64,000 nucleotides of DNA from assembly GCF_009914755.1 (NCBI RefSeq), contig NC_060939.1. One strand, 5' to 3'. The position numbers and the translations under genes were made by a program. Shown in pieces: positions 27,001 through 40,500 of the stretch. The stretch is from the human T2T-CHM13v2.0 reference genome, Homo sapiens. Within the stretch, counting starts at the first letter, position 1. Each line of letters begins with the position of its first letter. The notes beneath the pieces are model-generated. The model did not search any database. It saw nothing but the letters and a program-made list of their open reading frames with translations, and was not told the DNA's origin.

Positions 27001-29250
27001 CCATTCGAAATCGAATCAATTACATTGCAATCCATTACTATTGAGTCCGTTTTATTCCAGTCCACTGCATTCTGGTCCATTCCATTTGATTCCATTCCAT
27101 TCTATTCCATTCCATACAGTTGCATTCCATTGGATTCCATGCTATATCTATAAATTCAATTCGAGACCATTGCTTTTGAGTCCATTCTATATGATTCCAT
27201 TCCATTCAAGTCCATTACATTTGGTTAAATTCCATTCCATTCGGTTCAATTCCATTCCATTCCATTCCCTTGCATTCCATTCCAGTTGATATCAATCCAT
27301 TCGATTCCATTCCATTCGAGCACATTCCATTCGATGCCATTCCATCTGATTCTATTACATTAGTCTCCATTCAATTCCATTAATCTCCATTCCATTCCAT
27401 TCTACTCCAACTGATTCCATTCCATTCTATTCCATTCCATTCCATTTCATTCCATTCCATTCCATTTCATTCCATTCCATTCCATTCGTGTCCATTCCAC
27501 TGCAGTCCATTCCATTCGTGTCCATTCCATTCCAGTCCATTCGATTTGTGTCCACTGCATTCAATTCCACTCCATTCCATATTATTCCATTACACTCCAT
27601 TCCATTCTATTACTTTCATTTCCATTCAATTCCATTCCATTTGATTCCATTCCACTCGGTTTCATTCCATTTGAGTCCACTCCATTCCATTCCATTCCAT
27701 TCCATTCAGTTCCATTCCATTCTGTTCCATTCCATTCCGTTCCATTACATTCCATTCCATTCGGTACCATTCCATATTGTTCCATTCGATTCCATTCGAA
27801 TCCATTCCATTCCAGTCCATTCCATTCGATTCCATTCCATTCATTTCAATTCCATTCCATTCCATTCCATTACATTCCACTTGATTCCTCTCCATTCCCT
27901 TCCACTGCATTCCGTTCGATTCCATTCCATTGCATTGCATTGCATTCCATTGGATTGCATTCCATTCGATTCCATTCCATTCGAATCAATTACATAGCAA
28001 TCCATTACATTCGAGTCTATTCTCTTCCGTTCCATTCGATTTCGTTCCAATCCATTCGATTCCATTCCATTCGATTCCATTCCATACTATTGCATTCCAT
28101 TCGATTACATTATATTCGAATAAGTTCCATTCAAGACCATTTCTTTTGAGTCCATTCTATTTGAGTCCATTCCCTTTGATTCCATAATATTTGAGTCCAT
28201 TCAATTCCATTCCTTTCGTTTCCATTCCATTTGATGCCATTCCATTCAATTCTGTTCTACTCGACTCCAATACATTCAATTCCATTCCATCCGATTCATT
28301 ACATTCTTTTCATTTCTTATCCATTTCAAGCCATTCCACTCCATTCCATTCCACTCGTTTCCTTTCCATTCGAGTCCATTCCTCTCCAGTCCATTCCGTT
28401 CAATCCATTCCATTCCAGTCCATTCCATTCGAGTCCGTTCCATTCCAGTCCATTCCATTCGAGTCAATTCCATTCCATTCGATGTCTTTCCATAATGATC
28501 CATTCCATTCTATTCCTTTCGATTCCATTCCATTCTATTTCATTCCATTCGATTCCCTTCCATTGGACTCCTTTCCATTCGAGTGCATTCCATTCCGTTC
28601 CATTTCTTTCCGTTCTGTACGATTCCTACCGTTTGATTTCATTTTGTTCCAGTCCATTCTTTCGCGTCCATTCCATTCCATTTCACTCCATTCGATTCCA
28701 TTCCACTCGATTCCACTTCGTTCCATTTCATTGCATTCCATTCTATTCAACTCTATTGCCTTCCATTCCATTCCATTCGATTACATTCCATGCGATTCCA
28801 TTCGAAATCGAATCAATTACATTGCAATCCATTACTATTGAGTCCGTTTTATTCCAGTCCACTGCATTCTGGTCCATTCCATTTGATTCCATTCCATTCT
28901 ATTCCATTCCATACAGTTGCATTCCATTGGATTCCATGCTATATCTATAAATTCAATTCGAGACCATTGCTTTTGAGTCCATTCTATATGATTCCATTCC
29001 ATTCAAGTCCATTACATTTGGTTCAATTCCATTCCATTCGGTTCAATTCCATTCCATTCCATTCCCTTCCATTCCATTCCAGTTGATATCAATCCATTCG
29101 ATTCCATTCCATTCGAGCACATTCCATTCGAGTCCATTCCATTCAATGCCATTCCATTTGATTCTATTCCATTAGTCTCCATTCAATTCCATTAATCTCC
29201 ATTCCATTCCATTCTACTCCAACTGATTCCATTCCATTCTATTCCTTTCC
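18004..29250 (+). repeat. Multi-monomer paralogue of ~1-13,030 (offset 18,003/18,023, then 16,220 bp)
   Basis: Shared rare variants at 662/18665, 1817/19820, 3065/21068, 5472/23495 and 5781/23804, then at 10333/26553, 11122/27342, 11963/28183 and 12921/29141. Confidence 0.85.
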
Positions 29251-31544
29251 ATTCCATTCCATTCCATTCCATTCCATTCCATTCCATTCCATTCCATTCG
29301 TGTCCATTCCACTCCAGTCCATTCCATTCGTATCCATTCCATTCCAGTCCATTCCATTTGTGTCCACTGCATTCCATTCCACTCCATTCCATATTATTCC
29401 ATTACACTCCATTCCATTCTATTACTTTCATTTCCATTCAATTCCATTCCATTTGATTCCATTCCACTCGGTTTCATTCCATTTGAGTCCACTCCATTCC
29501 ATTCCATTCCATTCAGTTCCATTCCATTCTGTTCCATTCCATTCCGTTCCATTACATTCCATTCCATTCGGTACCATTCCATATTGTTCCATTCGATTCC
29601 ATTCGAATCCATTCCATTCCAGTCCATTCCATTCGATTCCATTCCATTCATTTCAATTCCATTCCATTCCATTCCATTACATTCCACTTGATTCCTCTCC
29701 ATTCCCTTCCACTGCATTCCGTTCGATTCCATTCCATTGCATTGCATTCCATTCCATTGGATTGCATTCCATTCGATTCCATTCCATTCGAATCAATTAC
29801 ATAGCAATCCATTACATTCGAGTCTATTCTCTTCCGTTCCATTCGATTTCGTTCCAATCCATTCGATTCCATTCCATTCGATTCCATTCCATACTATTGC
29901 ATTCCATTCGATTACATTATATTCGAATAAGTTCCATTCAAGACCATTTCTTTTGAGTCCATTCTATTTGAGTCCATTCCCTTTGATTCCATAACATTTG
30001 AGTCCATTCAATTCCATTCCTTTCGTTTCCATTCCATTTGATGCCATTCCATTCAATTCTGTTCTACTCGACTCCAATACATTCAATTCCATTCCATCCG
30101 ATTCCATTACATTCTTTTCATTTCTTATCCATTTCAAGCCATTCCACTCCATTCCATTCCACTCGTTTCCTTTCCATTCGAGTCCATTCCTCTCCAGTCC
30201 ATTCCGTTCAATCCATTCCATTCCAGTCCATTCCATTCGAGTCCGTTCCATTCCAGTCCATTCCATTCGAGTCAATTCCATTCCATTCGATGTCTTTCCA
30301 TAACGATCCATTCCATTCTATTCCTTTCGATTCCATTCCATTCTATTTCATTCCATTCGATTCCCTTCCATTGGACTCCTTTCCATTCGAGTGCATTCCA
30401 TTCCGTTCCATTTCTTTCCGTTCTGTACGATTCCTACCGTTCAATTTCATTTTGTTCCAGTCCATTCTTTCGCGTCCATTCCATTCCATTTCACTCCATT
30501 CGATTCCATTCCACTCGATTCCACTTCGTTCCATTTCATTGCATTCCATTCTATTCAACTCTATTGCCTTCCATTCCATTCCATTCGATTACATTCCATG
30601 CGATTCCATTCGAAATCGAATCAATTACATTGCAATCCATTACTATTGAGTCCGTTTTATTCCAGTCCACTGCATTCTGGTCCATTCCATTTGATTCCAT
30701 TCCATTCTATTCCATTCCATACAGTTGCATTCCATTGGATTCCATGCTATATCTATAAATTCAATTCGAGACCATTGCTTTTGAGTCCATTCTATATGAT
30801 TCCATTCCATTCAAGTCCATTACATTTGGTTAAATTCCATTCCATTCGGTTCAATTCCATTCCATTCCATTCCCTTCCATTCCATTCCAGTTGATATCAA
30901 TCCATTCGATTCCATTCCATTCGAGCACATTCCATTCGAGTCCATTCCATTCGATGCCATTCCATTTGATTCTATTCCATTAGTCTCCATTCAATTCCAT
31001 TAATCTCCATTCCATTCCATTCTACTCCAACTGATTCCATTCCATTCTATTCCTTTCCATTCCATTTCATTCCATTCCATTCCATTCCATTCCATTCCAT
31101 TCCATTCGTGTCCATTCCACTCCAGTCCATTCCATTCGTATCCATTCCATTCCAGTCCATTCCATTTGTGTCCACTGCATTCCATTCCACTCCATTCCAT
31201 ATTATTCCATTACACTCCATTCCATTCTATTACTTTCATTTCCATTCAATTCCATTCCATTTGATTCCATTCCACTGGGTTTCATTCCATTTGAGTCCAC
31301 TCCATTCCATTCCATTCCATTCAGTTCCATTCCATTCTGTTCCATTCCATTCCGTTCCATTACATTCCATTCCATTCGGTACCATTCCATATTGTTCCAT
31401 TCGATTCCATTCGAATCCATTCCATTCCAGTCCATTCCATTCGATTCCATTCCATTCATTTCAATTCCATTCCATTCCATTCCATTACATTCCACTTGAT
31501 TCCTCTCCATTCCCTTCCACTGCATTCCGTTCGATTCCATTCCA

Positions 31545-34500
31545 TTGCATTGCATTCCATTCCATTGGATTGCATTCCATTCGATTCCATTCCATTCGAA
31601 TCAATTACATAGCAATCCATTACATTCGAGTCTATTCTCTTCCGTTCCATTCGATTTCGTTCCAATCCATTCGATTCCATTCCATTCGATTCCATTCCAT
31701 ACTATTGCATTCCATTCGATTACATTATATTCGAATAAGTTCCATTCAAGACCATTTCTTTTGAGTCCATTCTATTTGAGTCCATTCCCTTTGATTCCAT
31801 AACATTTGAGTCCATTCAATTCCATTCCTTTCGTTTCCATTCCATTTGATGCCATTCCATTCAATTCTGTTCTACTCGACTCCAATACATTCAATTCCAT
31901 TCCATCCGATTCCATTACATTCTTTTCATTTCTTATCCATTTCAAGCCATTCCACTCCATTCCATTCCACTCGTTTCCTTTCCATTCGAGTCCATTCCTC
32001 TCCAGTCCATTCCGTTCAATCCATTCCATTCCAGTCCATTCCATTCGAGTCCGTTCCATTCCAGTCCATTCCATTCGAGTCAATTCCATTCCATTCGATG
32101 TCTTTCCATAACGATCCATTCCATTCTATTCCTTTTGATTCCATTCCATTCTATTTCATTCCATTCGATTCCCTTCCATTGGACTCCTTTCCATTCGAGT
32201 GCATTCCATTCCGTTCCATTTCTTTCCGTTCTGTACGATTCCTACCGTTCGATTTCATTTTGTTCCAGTCCATTCTTTCGCGTCCATTCCATTCCATTTC
32301 ACTCCATTCGATTCCATTCCACTCGATTCCACTTCGTTCCATTTCATTGCATTCCATTCTATTCAACTCTATTGCCTTCCATTCCATTCCATTCGATTAC
32401 ATTCCATGCGATTCCATTCGAAATCGAATCAATTACATTGCAATCCATTACTATTGAGTCCGTTTTATTCCAGTCCACTGCATTCTGGTCCATTCCATTT
32501 GATTCCATTCCATTCTATTCCATTCCATACAGTTGCATTCCATTGGATTCCATGCTATATCTATAAATTCAATTCGAGACCATTGCTTTTGAGTCCATTC
32601 TATATGATTCCATTCCATTCAAGTCCATTACATTTGGTTAAATTCCATTCCATTCGGTTCAATTCCATTCCATTCCATTCCCTTCCATTCCATTCCAGTT
32701 GATATCAATCCATTCGATTCCATTCCATTCGAGCACATTCCATTCGAGTCCATTCCATTCGATGCCATTCCATTTGATTCTATTCCATTAGTCTCCATTC
32801 AATTCCATTAATCTCCATTCCATTCCATTCTACTCCAACTGATTCCATTCCATTCTATTCCTTTCCATTCCATTTCATTCCATTCCATTCCATTCCATTC
32901 CATTCCATTCCATTCCATTCGTGTCCATTCCACTCCAGTCCATTCCATTCGTATCCATTCCATTGCAGTCCATTCCATTTGTGTCCACTGCATTCCATTC
33001 CACTCCATTCCATATTATTCCATTACACTCCATTCCATTCTATTACTTTCATTTCCATTCAATTCCATTCCATTTGATTCCATTCCACTCGGTTTCATTC
33101 CATTTGAGTCCACTCCATTTCATTCCATTCCATTCAGTTCCATTCCATTCTGTTCCATTCCATTCCGTTCCATTACATTCCATTCCATTCGGTACCATTC
33201 CATATTGTTCCATTCGATTCCATTCGAATCCATTCCATTCCAGTCCATTCCATTCGATTCCATTCCATTCATTTCAATTCCATTCCATTCCATTACATTA
33301 CATTCCACTTGATTCCTCTCCATTCCCTTCCACTGCATTCCGTTCTATTCCATTCCATTGCATTGCATTCCATTCTATTGGATTGCATTCCATTCGATTC
33401 CATTCCATTCGAATCAATTACGTAGCAATCCATTACATTCGAGTCTATTCTCTTCCGTTCCATTCGATTTCGTTCCAATCCATTCGATTCCATTCCATTC
33501 GATTCCATTCCATACTATTGCATTCCATTCGATTACATTATATTCGAATAAGTTCCATTCAAGACCATTTCTTTTGAGTCCATTCTATTTGAGTCCATTC
33601 CCTTTGATTCCATAACATTTGAGTCCATTCAATTCCATTCCTTTCGTTTCCATTCCATTTGATGCCATTCCATTCAATTCTGTTCTACTCGACTCCAATA
33701 CATTCAATTCCATTCCATCCGATTCCATTACATTCTTTTCATTTCTTATCCATTTCAAGCCATTCCACTCCATTCCATTCCACTCGTTTCCTTTCCATTC
33801 GAGTCCATTCCTCTCCAGTCCATTCCGTTCAATCCATTCCATTCCAGTCCATTCCATTCGAGTCCGTTCCATTCCAGTCCATTCCATTCGAGTCAATTCC
33901 ATCCCATTCGATGTCTTTCCATAACGATCCATTCCATTCTATTCCTTTCGATTCCATTCCATTCTATTTCATTCCATTCGATTCCCTTCCATTGGACTCC
34001 TTTCCATTCGAGTGCATTCCATTCCGTTCCATTTCTTTCCGTTCTGTACGATTCCTACCGTTCGATTTCATTTTGTTCCAGTCCATTCCTTTCGCGTCCA
34101 TTCCATTCCATTTCACTCCATTCGATTCCATTCCACTCGATTCCACTTCGTTCCATTTCATTGCATTCCATTCTATTCAACTCTATTGCCTTCCATTCCA
34201 TTCCATTCGATTACATTCCATGCGATTCCATTCGAAATCGAATCAATTACATTGCAATCCATTACTATTGAGTCCATTTTATTCCAGTCCACTGCATTCT
34301 GGTCCATTCCATTAGATTCCATTCCATTCTATTCCATTCCATACAGTTGCATTCCATTGAACTCCATTCTATATCTATAAATTCAATTCGAGACCATTGC
34401 TTTTGAGTCCATTCTATATGATTCCATTCCATTCAAGTCCATTACATTTGGTTCAATTCCATTCCATTCCATTCCCTTCCATTCCATTCCAGTTGATATC

Positions 34501-37500
34501 AATCCATTCGATTCCATTCCATTCGAGCACATTCCATTCGAGTCCATTCCATTCGATGCCATTCCATTTGATTCTATTCCATTAGTCTCCATTCAATTCC
34601 ATTAATCTCCATTCCATTCCATTCTACTCCAACTGATTCCATTCCATTCTATTCCTTTCCATTCCATTTCATTCCATTCCATTCCATTTCATTCCATTCC
34701 ATTCCATTCCATTCCTTTCGCTTCCATTCCATTCGTGTCCATTGCATTCCAGTCCATTCCATTTGTGTCCACTGCATTCCATTCCACTCCATTCCATATT
34801 ATTCCATTACACTCCATTCCATTCTATTACTTTCATTTCCATTCAATTCCATTCCATTTGATTCCATTCCACTCGGTTTCATTCCATTTGAGTCCACTCC
34901 ATTCCATTCCATTCCATTCAGTTCCATTCCATTCTGTTCCATTCCATTCGGTACCATTCCATATTGTTCCATTCGATTCCATTCGAATCCATTCCATTCC
35001 AGTCCATTCCATTCGATTCCATTCCATTCATTTCAATTCCATTCCATTCCATTCCATTACATTCCACTTGATTCCTCTCCATTCCCTTCCACTGCATTCC
35101 GTTCGATTCCATTCCATTGCATTGCATTCCATTCTATTGGATTGCATTCCATTCGATTCCATTCCATTCGAATCAATTACATAGCAATCCATTACATTCG
35201 AGTCTATTCTCTTCCGTTCCATTCGATTTCGTTCCAATCCATTCGATTCCATTCCATTCGATTCCATTCCATACTATTGCATTCCATTCGATTACATTAT
35301 ATTCGAATAAGTTCCATTCAAGACCATTTCTTTTGAGTCCATTCTATTTGAGTCCATTCCCTTTGATTCCATAACATTTGAGTCCATTCAATTCCATTCC
35401 TTTCGTTTCCATTCCATTTGATGCCATTCCATTCAATTCTGTTCTACTCGACTCCAATACATTCAATTCCATTCCATCCGATTCCATTACATTCTTTTCA
35501 TTTCTTATCCATTTCAAGCCATTCCACTCCATTCCATTCCACTCGTTTCCTTTCCATTCGAGTCCATTCCTCTCCAGTCCATTCCGTTCAATCCATTCCA
35601 TTCCAGTCCATTCCATTCGAGTCCGTTCCATTCCAGTCCATTCCATTCGAGTCAATTCCATTCCATTCGATGTCTTTCCATAACGATCCATTCCATTCTA
35701 TTCCTTTTGATTCCATTCCATTCTATTTCATTCCATTCGATTCCCTTCCATTGGACTCCTTTCCATTCGAGTGCATTCCATTCCGTTCCATTTCTTTCCG
35801 TTCTGTACGATTCCTACCGTTCGATTTCATTTTGTTCCAGTCCATTCTTTCGCGTCCATTCCATTCCATTTCACTCCATTCGATTCCATTCCACTCGATT
35901 CCACTTCGTTCCATTTCATTGCATTCCATTCTATTCAACTCTATTGCCTTCCATTCCATTCCATTCGATTACATTCCATGCGATTCCATTCGAAATCGAA
36001 TCAATTACATTGCAATCCATTACTATTGAGTCCGTTTTATTCCAGTCCACTGCATTCTGGTCCATTCCATTTGATTCCATTCCATTCTATTCCATTCCAT
36101 ACAGTTGCATTCCATTGGATTCCATGCTATATCTATAAATTCAATTCGAGACCATTGCTTTTGAGTCCATTCTATATGACTCCATTCCATTCAAGTCCAT
36201 TACATTTGGTTAAATTCCATTCCATTCGGTTCAATTCCATTCCATTCCATTCCCTTCCATTCCATTCCAGTTGATATCAATCCATTCGATTCCATTCCAT
36301 TCGAGCACATTCCATTCGAGTCCATTCCATTCGATGCCATTCCATTTGATTCTATTCCATTAGTCTCCATTCAATTCCATTAATCTCCATTCCATTCCAT
36401 TCTACTCCAACTGATTCCATTCCATTCTATTCCTTTCCATTCCATTTCATTCCATTCCATTCCATTCCATTCCATTCCATTCCATTCCATTCGTGTCCAT
36501 TCCACTCCAGTCCATTCCATTCGTATCCATTCCATTGCAGTCCATTCCATTTGTGTCCACTGCATTCCATTCCACTCCATTCCATATTATTCCATTACAC
36601 TCCATTCCATTCTATTACTTTCATTTCCATTCAATTCCATTCCATTTGATTCCATTCCACTCGGTTTCATTCCATTTGAGTCCACTCCATTTCATTCCAT
36701 TCCATTCAGTTCCATTCCATTCTGTTCCATTCCATTCCGTTCCATTACATTCCATTCCATTCGGTACCATTCCATATTGTTCCATTCGATTCCATTCGAA
36801 TCCATTCCATTCCAGTCCATTCCATTCGATTCCATTCCATTCATTTCAATTCCATTCCATTCCATTCCATTACATTCCACTTGATTCCTCTCCATTCCCT
36901 TCCACTGCATTCCGTTCGATTCCATTCCATTGCATTGCATTCCATTCTATTGGATTGCATTCCATTCGATTCCATTCCATTCGAATCAATTACGTAGCAA
37001 TCCATTACATTCGAGTCTATTCTCTTCCGTTCCATTCGATTTCGTTCCAATCCATTCGATTCCATTCCATTCGATTCCATTCCATACTATTGCATTCCAT
37101 TCGATTACATTATATTCGAATAAGTTCCATTCAAGACCATTTCTTTTGAGTCCATTCTATTTGAGTCCATTCCCTTTGATTCCATAACATTTGAGTCCAT
37201 TCAATTCCATTCCTTTCGTTTCCATTCCATTTGATGCCATTCCATTCAATTCTGTTCTACTCAACTCCAATACATTCAATTCCATTCCATCCGATTCCAT
37301 TACATTCTTTTCATTTCTTATCCATTTCAAGCCATTCCACTCCATTCCATTCCACTCGTTTCCTTTCCATTCGAGTCCATTCCTCTCCAGTCCATTCCGT
37401 TCAATCCATTCCATTCCAGTCCATTCCATTCGAGTCCGTTCCATTCCAGTCCATTCCATTCGAGTCAATTCCATCCCATTCGATGTCTTTCCATAACGAT

Positions 37501-40500
37501 CCATTCCATTCTATTCCTTTCGATTCCATTCCATTCTATTTCATTCCATTCGATTCCCTTCCATTGGACTCCTTTCCATTCGAGTGCATTCCATTCCGTT
37601 CCATTTCTTTCCGTTCTGTACGATTCCTACCGTTCGATTTCATTTTGTTCCAGTCCATTCCTTTCGCGTCCATTCCATTCCATTTCACTCCATTCGATTC
37701 CATTCCACTCGATTCCACTTCGTTCCATTTCATTGCATTCCATTCTATTCAACTCTATTGCCTTCTATTCCATTCCATTCGATTACATTCCATGCGATTC
37801 CATTCGAAATCGAATCAATTACATTGCAATCCATTACTATTGAGTCCATTTTATTCCAGTCCACTGCATTCTGGTCCATTCCATTTGATTCCATTCCATT
37901 CTATTCCATTCCATACAGTTGCATTCCATTGAACTCCATTCTATATCTATAAATTCAATTCGAGACCATTGCTTTTGAGTCCATTCTATATGATTCCATT
38001 CCATTCAAGTCCATTACATTTGGTTCAATTCCATTCCATTCCATTCCCTTCCATTCCATTCCAGTTGATATCAATCCATTCGATTCCATTCCATTCGAGC
38101 ACATTCCATTCGAGTCCATTCCATTCGATGCCATTCCATTTGATTCTATTCCATTAGTCTCCATTCAATTCCATTAATCTCCATTCCATTCCATTCTACT
38201 CCAACTGATTCCATTCCATTCTATTCCTTTCCATTCCATTTCATTCCATTCCATTCCATTTCATTCCATTCCATTCCATTCCATTCCTTTCGCTTCCATT
38301 CCATTCGTGTCCATTGCATTCCAGTCCATTCCATTTGTGTCCACTGCATTCCATTCCACTCCATTCCATATTATTCCATTACACTCCATTCCATTCTATT
38401 ACTTTCATTTCCATTCAATTCCATTCCATTTGATTCCATTCCACTCGGTTTCATTCCATTTGAGTCCACTCCATTCCATTCCATTCAGTTCCATTCCATT
38501 CTGTTCCATTCCATTCCGTTCCATTGCATTCCATTCCATTCAGTAGCATTCCATATTGTTCCATTCGATTCCATTCGAATCCATTCCATTCCAGTCCATT
38601 CCATTCGATTCCATTCCATTCCTTTCAATTCCATTCCATTCCATTCCATTCCACTTGATTCCACTCCATTCCCTGCCACTGCATTCCATTGCATTGCATT
38701 CCATTCCATTGGACTGCATTCCATTCGATTCCATTCCATTCGAATCAATTACATAGCAATCCATTACATTCGAGTCTATTCTATTCCGTTCCATTCGATT
38801 TCGTTCCAATCCATTCGATTCCATTCCATTCGATTCCATTCCATACTATTGCATTCCATTCTATTACATTATATTCGAATAAGTTCCATTCAAGACCATT
38901 TCTTTTGAGTCCATTCTATTTGAGTCCATTCCCTTTGATTCCATAACATTTGAGTCCATTCAATTCCATTCCTTTCGTTTCCATTCCATTTGATGCCATT
39001 CCATTCAATTCTGTTCTACTCGACTCCAATACATTCAATTCCATTCCATCCGATTCCATTACATTCTTTTCATTTCTTATCCATTTCAAGCCATTCCACT
39101 CCATTCCATTCCACTCGTTTCCTTTCCATTCGAGTCCATTCCTCTCCAGTCCATTCCGTTCAATCCATTCCATTCCAGTCCATTCCATTCGAGTCCGTTC
39201 CATTCCAGTCCATTCCATTCGAGTCAATTCCATTCCATTCGATGTCTTTCCATAACGATCCATTCCATTCTATTCCTTTCGATTCCATTCCATTCTATTT
39301 CATTCCATTCGATTCCCTTCCATTGGACTCCTTTCCATTCGAGTGCATTCCATTCCGTTCCATTTCTTTCCGTTCTGTACAATTCCTACCGTTCGATTTC
39401 ATTTTCTTCCAGTCCATTCTTTCGCGTCCATTCCATTCCATTTCACTCCATTCGATTCCATTCCACTCGATTCCACTTCGTTCCATTTCATTGCATTCCA
39501 TTCTATTCAACTCTATTGCCTTCCATTCCATTCCATTCGATTACATTCCATGCGATTCCATTCGAAATCGAATCAATTACATTGCAATCCATTACTATTG
39601 AGTCCGTTTTATTCCAGTCCACTGCATTCTGGTCCATTCCATTTGATTCCATTCCATTATATTCCATTCCATACAGTTACATTCCATTGGATTCCATGCT
39701 ATATCTATAAATTCAATTCGAGACCATTGCTTTTGAGTCCATTCTATATGATTCCATTCCATTCAAGTCTATTACATTTGTTTAAATTCCATTCCATTCG
39801 GTTCAATTCCATTCCATTCCATTCCCTTCCATTCAATTCCAGTTGATATCAATCCATTCGATTCCATTCCATTCGAGCACATTCCATTCGAGTCCATTCC
39901 ATTCGATGCCATTCCATTTGATTCTATTCCATTAGTCTCCATTCAATTCCATTAATCTCCATTCCATTCCATTCTACTCCAACTGATTCCATTCCATTCT
40001 ATTCCTTTCCATTCCATTTCATTCCATTCCATTCCATTCCATTCCATTCCATTCCATTCCATTCGTGTCCATTCCACTCCAGTCCATTCTATTCGTATCC
40101 ATTCCATTCCAGTCCATTCCATTTGTGTCCACTGCATTCCATTCCACTCCATTCCATATTATTCCATTACACTCCATTCCATTTTATTACTTTCATTTCC
40201 ATTCAATTCCATTCCATTTGATTCCATTCCACTCGGTTTCATTCCATTTGAGTCCACTCCATTCCATTCCATTCCATTCAGTTCCATTCCATTCTGTTCC
40301 ATTCCATTCCGTTCCATTACATTCCATTCCATTCGGTACCATTCCATATTGTTCCATTCGATTCCATTCGAATCCATTCCATTCCAGTCCATTCCATTCG
40401 ATTCCATTCCATTCATTTCAATTCCATTCCATTCCATTCCATTACATTCCACTTGATTCCTCTCCATTCCCTTCCACTGCATTCCGTTCGATTCCATTCC

